Part shown: positions 35,586-47,931 of the stretch, piece by piece
How positions within the stretch are numbered: position 1 is the stretch's first letter
Layout: every line of letters starts with the position of its first letter
Assembly (NCBI GenBank): GCA_964016885.1
Contig: OZ024741.1
Coordinates: 232,872,001 to 232,936,000, forward strand
Direction: 5' to 3'
Length of the DNA: 64,000 nucleotides
From: Eledone cirrhosa
Lineage: Eukaryota
Position numbers and translations under genes: made by a program
The notes under the pieces: model-generated
Database searches by the model: none
Told to the model about the DNA's origin: nothing
What the model saw: the letters and a program-made list of their open reading frames with translations, nothing else

Positions 35586-38380
35586 ACAGTTGCATTTATC
35601 TTGCTTTATGTTCATACGAGTTATCACCAAGTCACAACCAGTGACCTCAAGAGACAACAAGGTCCGCCATGTTCAAGAAGGAACATACATACACACACAT
35701 GCATCTTTAGGTGTTTAGTCTTGTGATGTACTTATATTGACAGAATCTTCCTTAGTATATGGGCAGTTCCCATTAGCACTATCTTTTGTATTTCTCCTAT
35801 ACGCGGGTTTCCTGGGATTTGCGATAAGTAATCATTAGACCCCTTAGGTATCATTCCTAGAGCGCCTACAACCACTGGTATTGTTTTAGTTCTCAATTTC
35901 CACATTTTTCCAATTTCTATCTCCAGGTCCTTATACTTGCTCAATTTTTCAAATGTTTTCATAGATACATTCTTGTCTATTGGAACGGACATATCAATTT
36001 GGAGGCATACCCTCTTTTTAAAGTCCTTCAGTATTATATCAGGTCTATTTGCATCTATTTTCGGTCTCTTTGGATACTAAAGTTCCACAATATTGAGATG
36101 TGATCTTTTTCAAGTATGAGAGGTGGTTGATGCTCCCATCAATTCTTTTGATGGGGCAGGTCAAAATGCTTACACATTATCCAATGTATGTATTGTGCAG
36201 CTCTGTCATGCCTGTTTAGGTATTCGGTTGGAGCTATAGGACTGCACATTGAAATTATATGATCAATGGTCTCTGGTTGTTTTTTACATACACGGCATAA
36301 TGGGTTGCATACATTTTTTATTATGTTGGCTTGGTAATTTTTTGTTGGCAGACACTGATCTTGTACTGATATAATCAGTCCTTCAGTCTCCGATTTCAGT
36401 CCAGAGGGTGCCAACCACTGATGGGTTAAAGTGTTGTCAACATCAGGATTGTTAGCTCTTTCTGGGTATTTTCCATACAGAGGCTTTTCTTGCCATTTCT
36501 TAGCCAGTTTCTGTAGCAGTTCTTTCTTTGCAGTTACTTTTACCTGCTTTGCTTTTTCTCTGTTTTCCATTTCAGCAGTAAATGAGACTTCTGAAATGTG
36601 TAGTCCATTACTGTATCGTTGTGCATCTTTTGTAATGGAGTATGATCTTTTGATGCTTTCGTGTTTCAAAACGAGTTTGATCATCCAATCATGTGATTCC
36701 CTTAGATATGTAGATTCAATTGTTGCAGTTTTCATCGCAATATCTAACTGGATTAACCCACGTCCTCCTTCTTTCCTAGGGAGATATATTCTATCTGTAT
36801 CTGCCTTAGGGTGATGCATTCTGTGCATGGTTAAGAATTTTCTAATTTTTGTATCGAGCCTACGGATCTCTGTGCGGGACCAGTTGAAGACATTGTAACT
36901 CTAGGTTACTACTGGTATGGCAAGCGTGTTTATGGCATCGATCCTATTCCTTGCATTCAATTCCGTTCTTAAGATTGCTCTTATTCTGCGGTAACATTCC
37001 TTCCTTATCCTTTCCCTCATTGTCGAGTGCTTGATTCCGTCTTCTTCACAAACACCTAGATATTTGTAAGTTTCCTCTTGATCAAGTTCTCTTATCACAT
37101 TCCCCCGATCAAGATTAATGTCTGATTAATCAAGATTAACTTTTCAGCAGCTTTCCTCTGGTGAACGTGGCGTTGGCGCATTTATCTAGTCCAAACTCCA
37201 TTTTAATGTCATCACTGAACTGCTCCACTGCCCTTGCAATTGTTCATCATTTTTTGGAAATAGTTTCAGGTCATCCATGTAGAACAAGTGATTAATGGTT
37301 TTGTCATAGACTTTATATCCATGTTTTGTTTCATTGAGCATTTTACTTAATGGTATAAGTGCGATGCAGAATAAAAGCGGTGATAAAGAGTCACCCTGAA
37401 AAATTCCACAATTAATATTAACTAATCTAGCTTCCAGTGATTTTTTTTTTCACTATTCAAAAGGAGTGTCGTTTTCCATGTCTTCATACTGAATGACAGG
37501 AACCTCCTGACAACGGGAGATATTTTGAAAATATCTAAACATTTTTCAATCCAACTGTGGCAAACTATCGAATGCTTTTTTTATAGTCTATCCAAGCAAT
37601 TGATAGATTTTTCTGTCTATTATGACAATCTTCCAGTATCATTTTGTGAACCAAAAGCTGATCCTTACAGCCATATGAGCCTCGTTTACACCCTTTCTGC
37701 TCATTGGGAAATAGATCATTTGTTATCAGGTGGTCATATGTATATTCAGTTAGGACTGATGTTAAAATGTTATACATTGTGGTCAAGCAAATTATCGGTC
37801 TGTAATTTTTGGGATTGTTTGTCTCATCATTCTTCGGAAGCAGGAATGTAATGCCGTTAACTAGCCATGATGGTATCTTTTCTGGCTCCTTAACTATTTC
37901 ATTGTAACGTTTGGCTAATAGCTCATGAGACTCTGTGAAGGCATTTATCCAAAAATTTGGTATTTTGTCTTTTCCTGGGGATTTCCATTTGCTGGTGTTT
38001 TCTAAGAGCCAAACGCAACTGCTCAACTGTTATATTTTCCCATATTTGTTCCTCAAGGTGAGCTGTATCTTTCATTTGTCTGTCTGTCCATGGGGCATGT
38101 ATATTATGAACTTTTTCTTCGGCTCAGATCTTTTTCCAAAATTCTTGCACTCTATCCTTGGGTGGTATTGATTTAGCAGTTATTGTTGACTTGCCAATTT
38201 TTCTGTAGAAGTTTCTTTGGTTGTTTTTGAACATATTATTGTCCTTATAGAATCTAGATCGTTTTTCAAAGCACCTTATACGAGCAGCTTTGGCCGACAC
38301 CTTTTGCTTGATTATTTCTATCTGTATGTCTATGTCACTTGTTGATTTTATACTGTATTTTCTTTTCAATTTTCTAAGTT
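35586..38380 (-). mobile_element. R4/Dong-like LINE (RT + zinc finger + restriction-like endonuclease), degenerate, 5'-truncated
   Basis: KWKSPGKD, NYRPIICL, WIDYKK, LYLPRKEGGRGL-like motif, CRVC..ETIDHIISMC, EKLSKYKDL, IPVVVGALG; (TAA)n tail on its sense strand. Confidence 0.87.
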
Positions 38381-39199
38381 AACTGGGATGCGGGAGAACC
38401 GTGTCAGCGTATGCCGACAACGTCACAGTAGTGGTGTCGAATGCCAAACACATCGACGCGATCGGCACTACACTAAGAGAATACGAGGCGGTGACAGGAG
38501 CAATGATTTACCAGGAAAAGTCGGTGGGCCTGTGGCTCGGTAACTGGAGAGGCAAGTCCATGCCATCCAACAGTGTTATTGGGCGCTGGAGGGACGGACC
38601 GGTTAAATTGCTAGCGGTTTGGTTCCGTCCGGACATTCATACGGACAGAAACTGGGACGAGGTGACGAACAGGGTGGCCTCTCTCACCCAGAAATGGGCT
38701 GAGAGGAAGCTATCCCTGAAATGTCGAGTGGAGGTGGCGAACGCGTACATCGCGTCCTTCATCTACTACCACCTAACCGTCGTGCCTTGTTCTAAGCCTC
38801 ATCTGACTGCTTTGGAGCATTTCTCTCTCGTTGTTTTGTGGAAGCGACGCGCTCCGATGTCAGACGGTCCGTTTTGCTATCAACACCCGCTACGTGGAGT
38901 GCTGGGTATGATGTGGCTGGTGATGCGGAAACATGATTTCAGGCTACGGCATCTCCATCTATTCCTCGACGGTTATCAGGTGTGGTCACCGTTTGCTAGA
39001 CGCGTATTTCGCCAGCTCGTCTCCTTGATGGAGTTAAAGTCCTCGGTCAAGCGAAGACCGAGAGGGGGCGCTTGGAGACTGGAATGTCTTAAGTCGCTTT
39101 CAGCCCTCGACGAATTGGGCATTGCGATCGCTGGACACTCCACCTTGGCGTTCTATAGAGGGTTAGTGGAGAGAAAGAGCGACGATGTCCATGGGGAGA
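38381..39199 (+). mobile_element. Internal Tx1-like ORF2 fragment
   Basis: ORF 38401..39210 SAYADNVTVVVSNAKHI... is homologous to 11330-12120. Confidence 0.88.
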
Positions 39200-39570
39200 T
39201 ACATACCTAGACACTCTTAGTCTGACAAAAACGTTGTATACATACACATGCGTATATATACTGACATATATACACATACACACTTATATACACACACATA
39301 CATAGGTACGCATACACCCACACATACATATATCTATGTATATATTTATATACATATATACACATATATGCATGCGCGCGTGTGCATATATATAGAGAGG
39401 GGGTGGAGTGTCAGTGGGGGTCGCGTAGTACATAGATAGAGGGAGGGTGAGAGCCAATGGAGATGGCGTTGTACATATAAATATACTTACACACAGACAC
39501 ACACACATGCGTTGGTTCGGGAGGGAAGGTATGTGTTGGCGATGTTAATGATGTTAATGATTGTTGAGCT

Positions 39571-40496
39571 ATGGAGTTATGTCTTATGTCTCTATTACTA
39601 CGAAGAGACAAAAGACATAACCCCAATAGATTACTAGGAACCCCTATGACACATACGTCTGACCAAAAGGCACCCACACTACCACCTAACCACAAAAACC
39701 TCACTAAACACCGCAGAGCCCGAAGTAGACCTGTCACATTGTACAACGTGTATTCTATACACGTCACCACCAATATACCGGGACCCTTCTTCAGGGCTCT
39801 TGAACAATCTTTTCCGCACACACATAAATACCACAAGCTCTTCAATAGACACACTGTAAAATTCTCTTTCTCCACAGCACCAAATCTAGACCACACAATA
39901 GCACACACTAATAGGACAAAAATACGCAAACGCATGGTTGCCCCACAAAAAATCACTACCACAACCCAAAACTAAACCACATGCACAACACAACAACCCA
40001 CATGCCAGCTCCACACAGCATGCCACCAACCGGTAACGTGCCACCACACCGGTAACACCCAATTGCAACTGCAAAAGAAGGGCTGAATGCCCACTAAACG
40101 GGGAGTGCCTCGTTAAAAACATTGTTTACCGGTGCGATGTCACAGCTGCCAATAAAAAGTACTCATATATAGGTGCGACCTCCACTATGTTTAAGGAGCG
40201 CTGGTATAACCATAGGACCTCCTTTAAATATAGGCTAAAACGATCCCAAACTAGACTGGCCGATTTGATCTGGGACCTCAAGGACAGGAACATCGAATCC
40301 CAGATCACATGGTCAGTCAATAGACGCGTGGCGAAACTCCCCAGAGACAGAAACCACTGCAGGTTATGTCTGGCCGAGGCGACAGAGATAATTATATTAA
40401 AATCTGCCATAAACTATAGGTCGGACATAATTATCAATTGCAGACACACCAGGCTGAACACATTTTCACACCGGAAACTTCCACATCAACAGTGAC
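39571..40496 (+). mobile_element. Penelope-like element linker + GIY-YIG endonuclease fragment
   Basis: TNIPGPFFRALEQSFP...HKLFNRHTVKFSFS; CPLNGECLVKNIVY...YIGATSTMFKERWYNH...CRLCLAE...CRH. Confidence 0.82.
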
Positions 40497-41822
40497 ATAG
40501 ACCGCCTTTACTTGAAACGTAAGCAGGGAGGCAGAGGCCTAACATCAGTCCAGACAACATTTGAATGTCGCATCATATCTCTCCCACAACATCTACGAAC
40601 CTCGAAGCGTAGGAGGCCGCTTCTCGAGCAAGTCTATCTGCATGAAACAGATAAGATCATGAGAGTTGGGAAGGAGCTCCTCGAGAGATATTCCCTGTGT
40701 GATAATCAAAAACTCACACCCAGGGATGTCGCTCAGCAGTATCGCAGTGAATCCATGGATGAAAAACTGCATGCCTATCAGCAAAAAATCATGCATGGAT
40801 ATGTTGCCAGGAAGCTCCAGAGTGAGAGTAATATAGATAAGGAAAGTAGTTTATCTTGGACCAACAACCGCTATATTGGCTCCCACTTTGAAGGATACGC
40901 TTTTGCAATCCAAGAACAGGAGATTAGCACGAAATACCTGATTCACAAAAGAGATAGGGATGCAGGCAAAACACCTAGATGTGATAACAAGTGCAGACTC
41001 TGCAGAACTAACTATCGAGGATATCACCCATGTCATCAGCAGCTGCCCAAAGATGTCATCGCGGTACTATCTATCTATGAGGCATGATGTAGTGGCCAAA
41101 ACACTGTACAATGCAGTTCGTAAAAAAGATAGCCCCGATAATAAACACATTAAAAGCTACAACAATGTGGAAGACATCCATGTACATAATATGAAAGAGT
41201 ACTGGTGGAATGTTCCAGTAAAAACCCCAATAAAATGCAGGCATAACAGACCAGATATTATGATATGGGACAGGGAGAAGAAAACATGCACAGTAATGGA
41301 AATTAGCTGCCCAGCAGGTGCCAATATAATATCAAAGATTAGTGAAAAGGAGAATATTTATGCAGAACTGATGAGAAATCTGCAAATACTCCACCCTGAT
41401 TACACCTTCATATTTATGCCTGTGATTATTGGGGCACTGGGATATGTTAGTAACTGCCTCAATACAAATCTTGAGAAGCTAGGCTTCACAGGAACAGAAA
41501 GAACACAACTAGTTAGGAAATTACAAGTACAATCCATTAATGGAACAGTAAAAATATGTAAAACATTCCAAAAATTTTGCATCTAATAACTGCATATACA
41601 CATGTACAGATACAAAGCATATACACATGCACACAAACAACTCAAAACATACACATCCACACATACAATAACATCCATATCTACACATGCATGCATGCAG
41701 ACATACATACATACCTACCTAGTTGATGTTGTGTAAATTCCAGTGAGAGAGTCTTGTGTCTATGTTAGAAACCGACTCTCTCTCTATTGGTAAAATTTTG
41801 TGAAATTATAAAACCAGAAGAA
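40497..41822 (+). mobile_element. R4/Dong-like LINE 3' fragment (second subfamily), ending in (CATA)n
   Basis: KRKQGGRGL, CRLC..EDITHVISSC, NRPDIMIWD, EISCP, MPVIIGALG. Confidence 0.85.
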
Positions 41823-41840
41823 CATACATACATACATACA

Positions 41841-42450
41841 TGGTGGCTGCCAACTCGTTTTCGAGTACGGCCACTACTTTATATCCATGTAGGAGAACCC
41901 CTACCGATGCGCTGAACAAGTGTGACTTTTTAGTCCAGCCAGCGACTTGAAAACTCTGGTACAAACACTACACTTGTGACAATTATTGACACATAGTGCT
42001 GGGCCCATGGTACCATGTGATGACAAGTGCAGAGAGATCTCCAGATATAAAGAAATGCCTGTGCTGTGAAGCTTTTATAGTGAGCAAAGGCACTGCACAA
42101 AGCCAGTCCCACTCTCTTAACCAAGATGATATTTACAAAAAAGAAGAACAAGTCAACATCATTGGATACCATCAGGGTTGCAGGTGTTATATCAGAGTTT
42201 TCCTTCTCCTAGAATTCTGCCTTGACAAAGGCTAAGGGGTCATCTCTCCCGGTGATTTTGGATTGCCATTGACGCTTAAGAGCTCCTTTGCCCTTTGACA
42301 GGTTTTGTTTTTAGTCCTGCAGGATGTCCAAAGTCACCCTCCTCACCAAGAAACGTTGATGGGGTTGCCAGTTTAGTCGCCAATGACCCGACCATGAGAC
42401 AGGTTGTACTGGGATACATGTTACCAGTAGCACCAACTTGTGTCCTGACA
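41841..42450. repeat. Interspersed repeat in (CATA)n, homologous to 55365-55960
   Basis: Shared blocks, e.g. gcc(c/t)tttgacagg..tcctgcagg, tttagtcgccaa, gttgtactggg.tacatgtta. Confidence 0.7.
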
Positions 42451-42550
42451 TACATACATACATACATACATACATACATACATACATACATACATACATA
42501 CATACATACATACATACATACATACATACATACATACATACATACATACA
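42448..42550. repeat. (CATA)n microsatellite
   Basis: Direct reading. Confidence 0.95.
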
Positions 42551-42600
42551 AACTTTTCTTTTCATATAATATTATAATCCACTTGTATTATTGATTGCAG

Positions 42601-42735
42601 CGTGTACCAAAGGTACGTTTGGACTGAACTGCTCTAAGAAGTGTAATTGCCTAAATGGTGAAGATTGTGATGTCGTAACTGGTTTATGTCCTAATGGATG
42701 TGAAAATGGTTACGGTGGTATTGACTGTCAGACGA
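42601..42735 (+). CDS. Host EGF-like exon D
   Basis: ttgattgcAG acceptor, GTAAGT donor; 135 nt; SCTKGTFGLNCSKKCNCLNGEDCDVVTGLCPNGCENGYGGIDCQT (partly in ORF 42591..42773). Confidence 0.9.
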
Positions 42736-43050
42736 GTAAGTATTTGTACTCTGCTAAATATTCAATGGAATAACTTTTTTCTAATTTAATTAATCGGATC
42801 ACAATTTTATCAACTCAATACAATTATTCTCACATGATTTAATTTACCTATTTCACTATTGCTATCTAAGTCATTACTAAACACCCATTATAATTATCAT
42901 TATAAAGTTATCATTTTATTTCCAACAGGTAAATTTGATCATATTATTTTCTTTATTTTAGTATATATATATGAGTGTGTGTGTGTGTGTGTGTGCGTGT
43001 GTGTGTGTGTGTGTGTATGTGTGTGTGTGTGTGTGTGTGGGTATATATAC

Positions 43051-43099
<49 letters not shown>

Positions 43100-43189
43100 G
43101 GAGATAAGCAGGTCCTAGCGATCAAGCACTACACGTCAGTAGTTTATCCCAGGTAGGTGATAATAAGTGGCGGAGTATTAATTTATCAA

Positions 43190-43602
43190 ATAATTGTTTC
43201 TACTTTAGGCACAAGGCCAGCAATTATCCAGTGCATTACTGGTACTTTATTTTATCGACCCCGTAAGGATGAAAGGCAAAGTCAAGCTCGGCGGGATTTG
43301 AACTCAGATCGTAAAGGGACGTAACTATGCTGGAAAGCATGGCGTCCGACCCTCTACCGATACTGCCTTTTGGCAAAAGACTAGCAAATTACCTAGTACA
43401 TTACTGGTACTTTATTTTATCGACCCCGTAAGGATGAAAGGCAAAGTCAACCTCGGCGGGATTTGAACTCAGATCGTAAAGGGACGTAACTATGCTGGAA
43501 AGCATGGCGTCCGACCCTCTACCGATACTGCCAATCCACCGCCTTATCAAATAATTGTTTCTACGTTAGGCACAAGGCCAGCAATTATCCAGTGCATTAC
43601 TG
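43190..43602 (-). mobile_element. Tandem cluster of two near-complete copies and one partial copy of the same SINE
   Basis: Reverse complements of 43863-44048. Confidence 0.85.
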
Positions 43603-43862
43603 AATGGTAGTTAAGACGGGATTAAATCACCATAATTGTTCATTGCACGTCCATGGATTATGCACTTCCATCCAGTAGAGAAATGGACGTGCATGGCCAC
43701 CGGCATGTCCCAATGAATGCACAATTGCACTAATGATTGCGTAAGCCTCTGACGAAGTCACATAAATAACCATGCCACAGAACTATATATAATGCAATAA
43801 ACAATTATGATGAATTAATTCCATTGTAACTATCATTATATATATATATATATATAATGATA

Positions 43863-44046
43863 GGGCGGTGGATTGGCAGTATCGGTAGAGGGTCGGACGC
43901 CATGCTTTCCAGCATAGTTACGTCCCTTTACGATCTGAGTTCAAATCCCGCCGAGGTTGACTTTGCCTTTCATCCTTACGGGGTCGATAAAATAAAGTAC
44001 CAGTAATGCACTGGGTAATTGCTGGCCTTGTGCCTAAAGTAGAAAC

Positions 44047-44048
<2 letters not shown>
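43863..44048 (+). mobile_element. tRNA-derived SINE, full-length reference copy
   Basis: A box TGGCAGTATCGG, B box GAGTTCAAATCC, Deu/Nin-like core GCCTTTCATCCTTACGGGGTCGATAAAATAAAGTACCAG, 3' end ggccttgtgcctaaagtagaaacaatt. Confidence 0.85.
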
Positions 44049-44090
<42 letters not shown>

Positions 44091-45277
44091 TAAACATGTA
44101 TTGTACAAGCTACTGAGACCTCTATAACACACATGCACAGCTCGTGTGCAGATATAATCAGAGTCACATCTTCCTATCTTATACGCTAAACAGAAACCTA
44201 GTCACTCGAAATTAATGTTTTAACCTCTCCAATCTTTAACTATATCAGTCTCTGATATATATCTCCTCCACAAACTGATGCATCAACAAAATCCAAGTAC
44301 TACTGCAATATGATCCTAAATATTTTATCTCTGAATTCAGTCCTGATAAAGGTATTACATCATTACAAACTACTACAATACCAAATAGCAAACAACAATG
44401 CCTCGATGTGATCAATTGATCGAGTTGAAATAGCAGCCAATCCTCTCTCAAACTGCAATCTCCATCTTATAAATGTTGAAACGTAGATTATATAAAATTG
44501 GTTTAGATACTCTTCATTTAAGCAATCAGAATACCTTAGAAAATAGGTCTGTTTCAATTAAATAGCAAGCAATAACCGCTACAACGCCCTCCTCGAAATG
44601 CATTGTTACTGTAAACTGGAGCTAATGATATCAACCTAACAAATCGAAACCACGTGGGCCTCTCGAAGCTGACTGAGAGGAAGGGTTCTCCAGAATTTCG
44701 TCTACTTTTTTTCTGCTGACTTCTCCCAACATATTTTTGATTTATATATGATAATATATTAAAATAGAAAGGACACAGATAATTTAGTCCTACATGCATT
44801 GTCCGAACAATGGACGAACAGTTATGTCAGGAAGAAATTTGCTCATAAGGCTGCTCAAAATTGATCAATCTACGGCTAAACAACAAGAAGCACATCACAC
44901 CCAACCATTGGAAGATCTAATATGACTAATGTTAATTTCAGAGGAATAATAATTATCACAAATTCAATGACGAGAATTTCTCATCATGTCCACTGCTAAA
45001 ACAGCAACAAGCATACAGTGTGGACTGTGGAAATTAAACTAGATGCCAGACTTTCCAGGCTGTAAACCCTACACTTCATATGTCTGTGAACAAGTACCCC
45101 ACTAATATAGTAAAATCATACTTTATTATTCGACCAAATATCCACTATAATTCTTCTCCGTCAGGACTGACTGTAAGCTAAGCCGTAATAACATCAAAAG
45201 CAAGTAATTGGTATGATAATTTAATCATTCACACAATTCCTCTTAAAACATTTGTGTAATATCTTACTTTCATGTAA

Positions 45278-45393
45278 TAATTGTTTCTACTTTTGACACA
45301 AGGCCAACAATTACCCAGTGCATTACTGGTACTTTATTTTAACGACCCCGTAAGGATGACAGGCAAAGTTAACCTCGGCGGGATTTGAACTCA
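45278..45393 (-). mobile_element. 5'-truncated SINE copy
   Basis: 3' half of the family up to the B box. Confidence 0.8.
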
Positions 45394-45473
45394 TGACAGT
45401 GTTTGCTATTTTTCTATTTATAACAGTCTGATTTATAGGTCTAATGGATATTAAATTTGTTTTTTTTCCTCAG

Positions 45474-45608
45474 AATGTAAGCCGGGAACATTTGGCAGCT
45501 CTTGTAAAGGGAAATGTAATTGTCGAAATAATGACACCTGCAACCCAGTCACTGGAGTATGCCCAAATGGATGCCCAATTGGCTATAAAACAGCCACTTG
45601 TCAGATAG
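45474..45608 (+). CDS. Host EGF-like exon E (paralog of B)
   Basis: tttttcctcAG acceptor, GTTTGT donor; 135 nt; KCKPGTFGSSCKGKCNCRNNDTCNPVTGVCPNGCPIGYKTATCQI. Confidence 0.88.
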   Translation, partial: NVSREHLAALVKGNVIVEIMTPATQSLEYAQMDAQLAIKQPLVR

Positions 45609-46623
45609 GTTTGTAAATTTTGTTTACATTTGCTAGGATTGGATAGGGAAAGTATTGTTCTTTATAGATATGTTTACTAAGAAGAACGATAAGCTGGAGT
45701 TACCATACTGTACAAAAAGGGCGAGAAAAATGTGAACTTCAAAGAGTAGTAACAAAAGAGACAACAACATTTACTAACAAGGGAAACAATCGTGTGTACT
45801 GAGAAAAGTTTCAACAACGTGGCGACAGCAAAGGGTTGCATGGATGAAGGAAACCCAATTGCTTAAAACACATACCTAAAATTCAAATTATTAGATATTT
45901 TCTCAAATGATAAAAAAAGTTCACAACTACTTGGATTGTTTCGAATTTAGGATACAGGCATGGGTAAAATTTTCAGAAAAGGCTATCAAGAATTCTTCCC
46001 TAACTGCATTTGGAAATTAATCATTTCCCCTGATCGAGACATTTATCAATCCAAAAAGATTTCAAGTCAACGCCCTTAACAGAAATACAGGAAGCTCTTC
46101 GCAACCATTTCAAACTGTCAAAGTTTCAAGCAAATGAGAATGCGGAATGTAACTCCTTAGGGCTTGATAATTTAGAAACCTTCCCATCAATTCATGTTGA
46201 AATTACAGAACCAGACAATCCATTGTGAATTCATATCATCCCGTTGCTGGTATTAACGACCAGTTTGATCAGAAAAAATAATTCTCTTGGAAAATCCGAC
46301 ATTTCAAGATTTGTTTATGGACTGCGAGAAGGTCGGGGATGTGCACAAAATCATCAGCAAGCCAGCCGTCTTATTCCGAAAGAATCGATAGGGAGGCTGT
46401 ATGTCAAAAAGAAACAGACTGGACAAGTCAACTCGATACAAACAAATAAAAGAAGTGGTTCTTTTAATTCTTGTTGTTCTAGTGAAGATAGACACCTAAG
46501 TTAAGAGAATAAATTTCGTAAGGCAATTTGAAGAAAATGCTCGGTATAGTATTGCCATTGCTCCAGTCTCTGAAACACCACTAAGTGGTCACCATGCGTA
46601 TATACATACACACATACACATAT

Positions 46624-46696
<73 letters not shown>

Positions 46697-46699
<3 letters not shown>

Positions 46700-47232
46700 T
46701 TTTAATATAGATGAGATTCTACAGGACTAGAACTGTTTCATTCATTAGAAATCATCAGGAATCTGGGTATCAAAAAATAAATATGGTATTTATAGGTCTC
46801 TACAATTCTTTAATTCTATCGACCATGACTGACCCCCCACTGATTTTATAGACATCTGTTAGCTTAAGAGAAACTTAATGACAAGGAATGGTATGCCATC
46901 CGGAACCTATTTATAGAATTCTGTCTGCCCTTGTTACTCTAAAAACATAAATAAATAAAAATAAACTATAGCTTTGTAGAATTAGCTTTTAAAGAATTCC
47001 CTTTTCTATCAACCAATGACCTGCACCCATCCCACTCCCCACCCTCTCCTACCACTTGTAGAGACCTATAAATACCATATTTATTGTTTTTTGATACCCA
47101 GATTCCTGATGATTTCTAATGAATGAAACAGTTCTAGTCCTGTAGAATCTCATCTATATTAAAACTTTTATACTCTGCTATGTATTGAGTACCTTACTTA
47201 CTGTGGTTACCTCCGATTCAACCCGGAATAAC
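46697..47232. mobile_element. Penelope-type pseudo-LTR fragment with inverted segment, between (TA)n tracts
   Basis: 46697-46805 is the reverse complement of 47056-47166; a diverged partial direct copy follows at ~47275-47510. Confidence 0.7.
47100..47150 (+). ncRNA. Type-I hammerhead ribozyme motif
   Basis: agattc CTGATGA t ttc taat gaa t GAAA cag ttctagtc ctg TA gaatct. Confidence 0.75.
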
Positions 47233-47278
<46 letters not shown>

Positions 47279-47617
47279 TTCTGCCTTTGTTACTCTAAAT
47301 ATAGTTTTTAAAGAATTCCCTTTTCTTTAAACCCATCAACCAATGTCCTCCACCCATCCCAGTCACCACCCTCTCCTACCACCAGAAAAGATATAAATAT
47401 CACCATATTACCTGGTAGAATCCTATTTCTATATTAAATATTTATACTCTGCTTTAAATTGACTACCTTACTTACTGTGATTCCCCTCGATTGAACCCGG
47501 GATAAACTTATCTTTTAGCACTCTGTGTGCCACTCTTAACCATCACCAAGTTAAAAACACTATGTTGATTTAAAACTGCACTATCCACAAGTTTTTAACC
47601 TTCATATCATGTCCTCC

Positions 47618-47686
47618 TATTTTATCTGATGAAAACACATGTTATTGCATGGTGATATTTGTTTTTGAAATGCGCATAATAAAATA
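47618..47686 (+). ncRNA. Minimal type-I hammerhead motif
   Basis: tattttat CTGATGA aaaca...tgtttt GAAA tgcgca TA ataaaata. Confidence 0.65.
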
Positions 47687-47809
47687 CATGGAACTCATTT
47701 AACCATCTTTTGATCTTATATATTATGTATACTCCAGTCCTACAAACTGTAGAGTGCTTCTTATCCGATATCTGCATTGCTTTATTGTACTACAATAAAA
47801 CTCACCTCC

Positions 47810-47854
<45 letters not shown>

Positions 47855-47872
47855 ATTATTATTATTGTTATA

Positions 47873-47911
<39 letters not shown>

Positions 47912-47931
47912 TTAATAATAATAATAATAAT

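Noticed and set aside
43863-43950. tRNA gene
   Set aside because: A/B boxes belong to a multi-copy SINE head; no clean cloverleaf or poly-T terminator.
45650-46560. Possible ancient LINE RT remnant (YGLREGRGC)
   Set aside because: A single weak motif; boundaries cannot be defined by eye.
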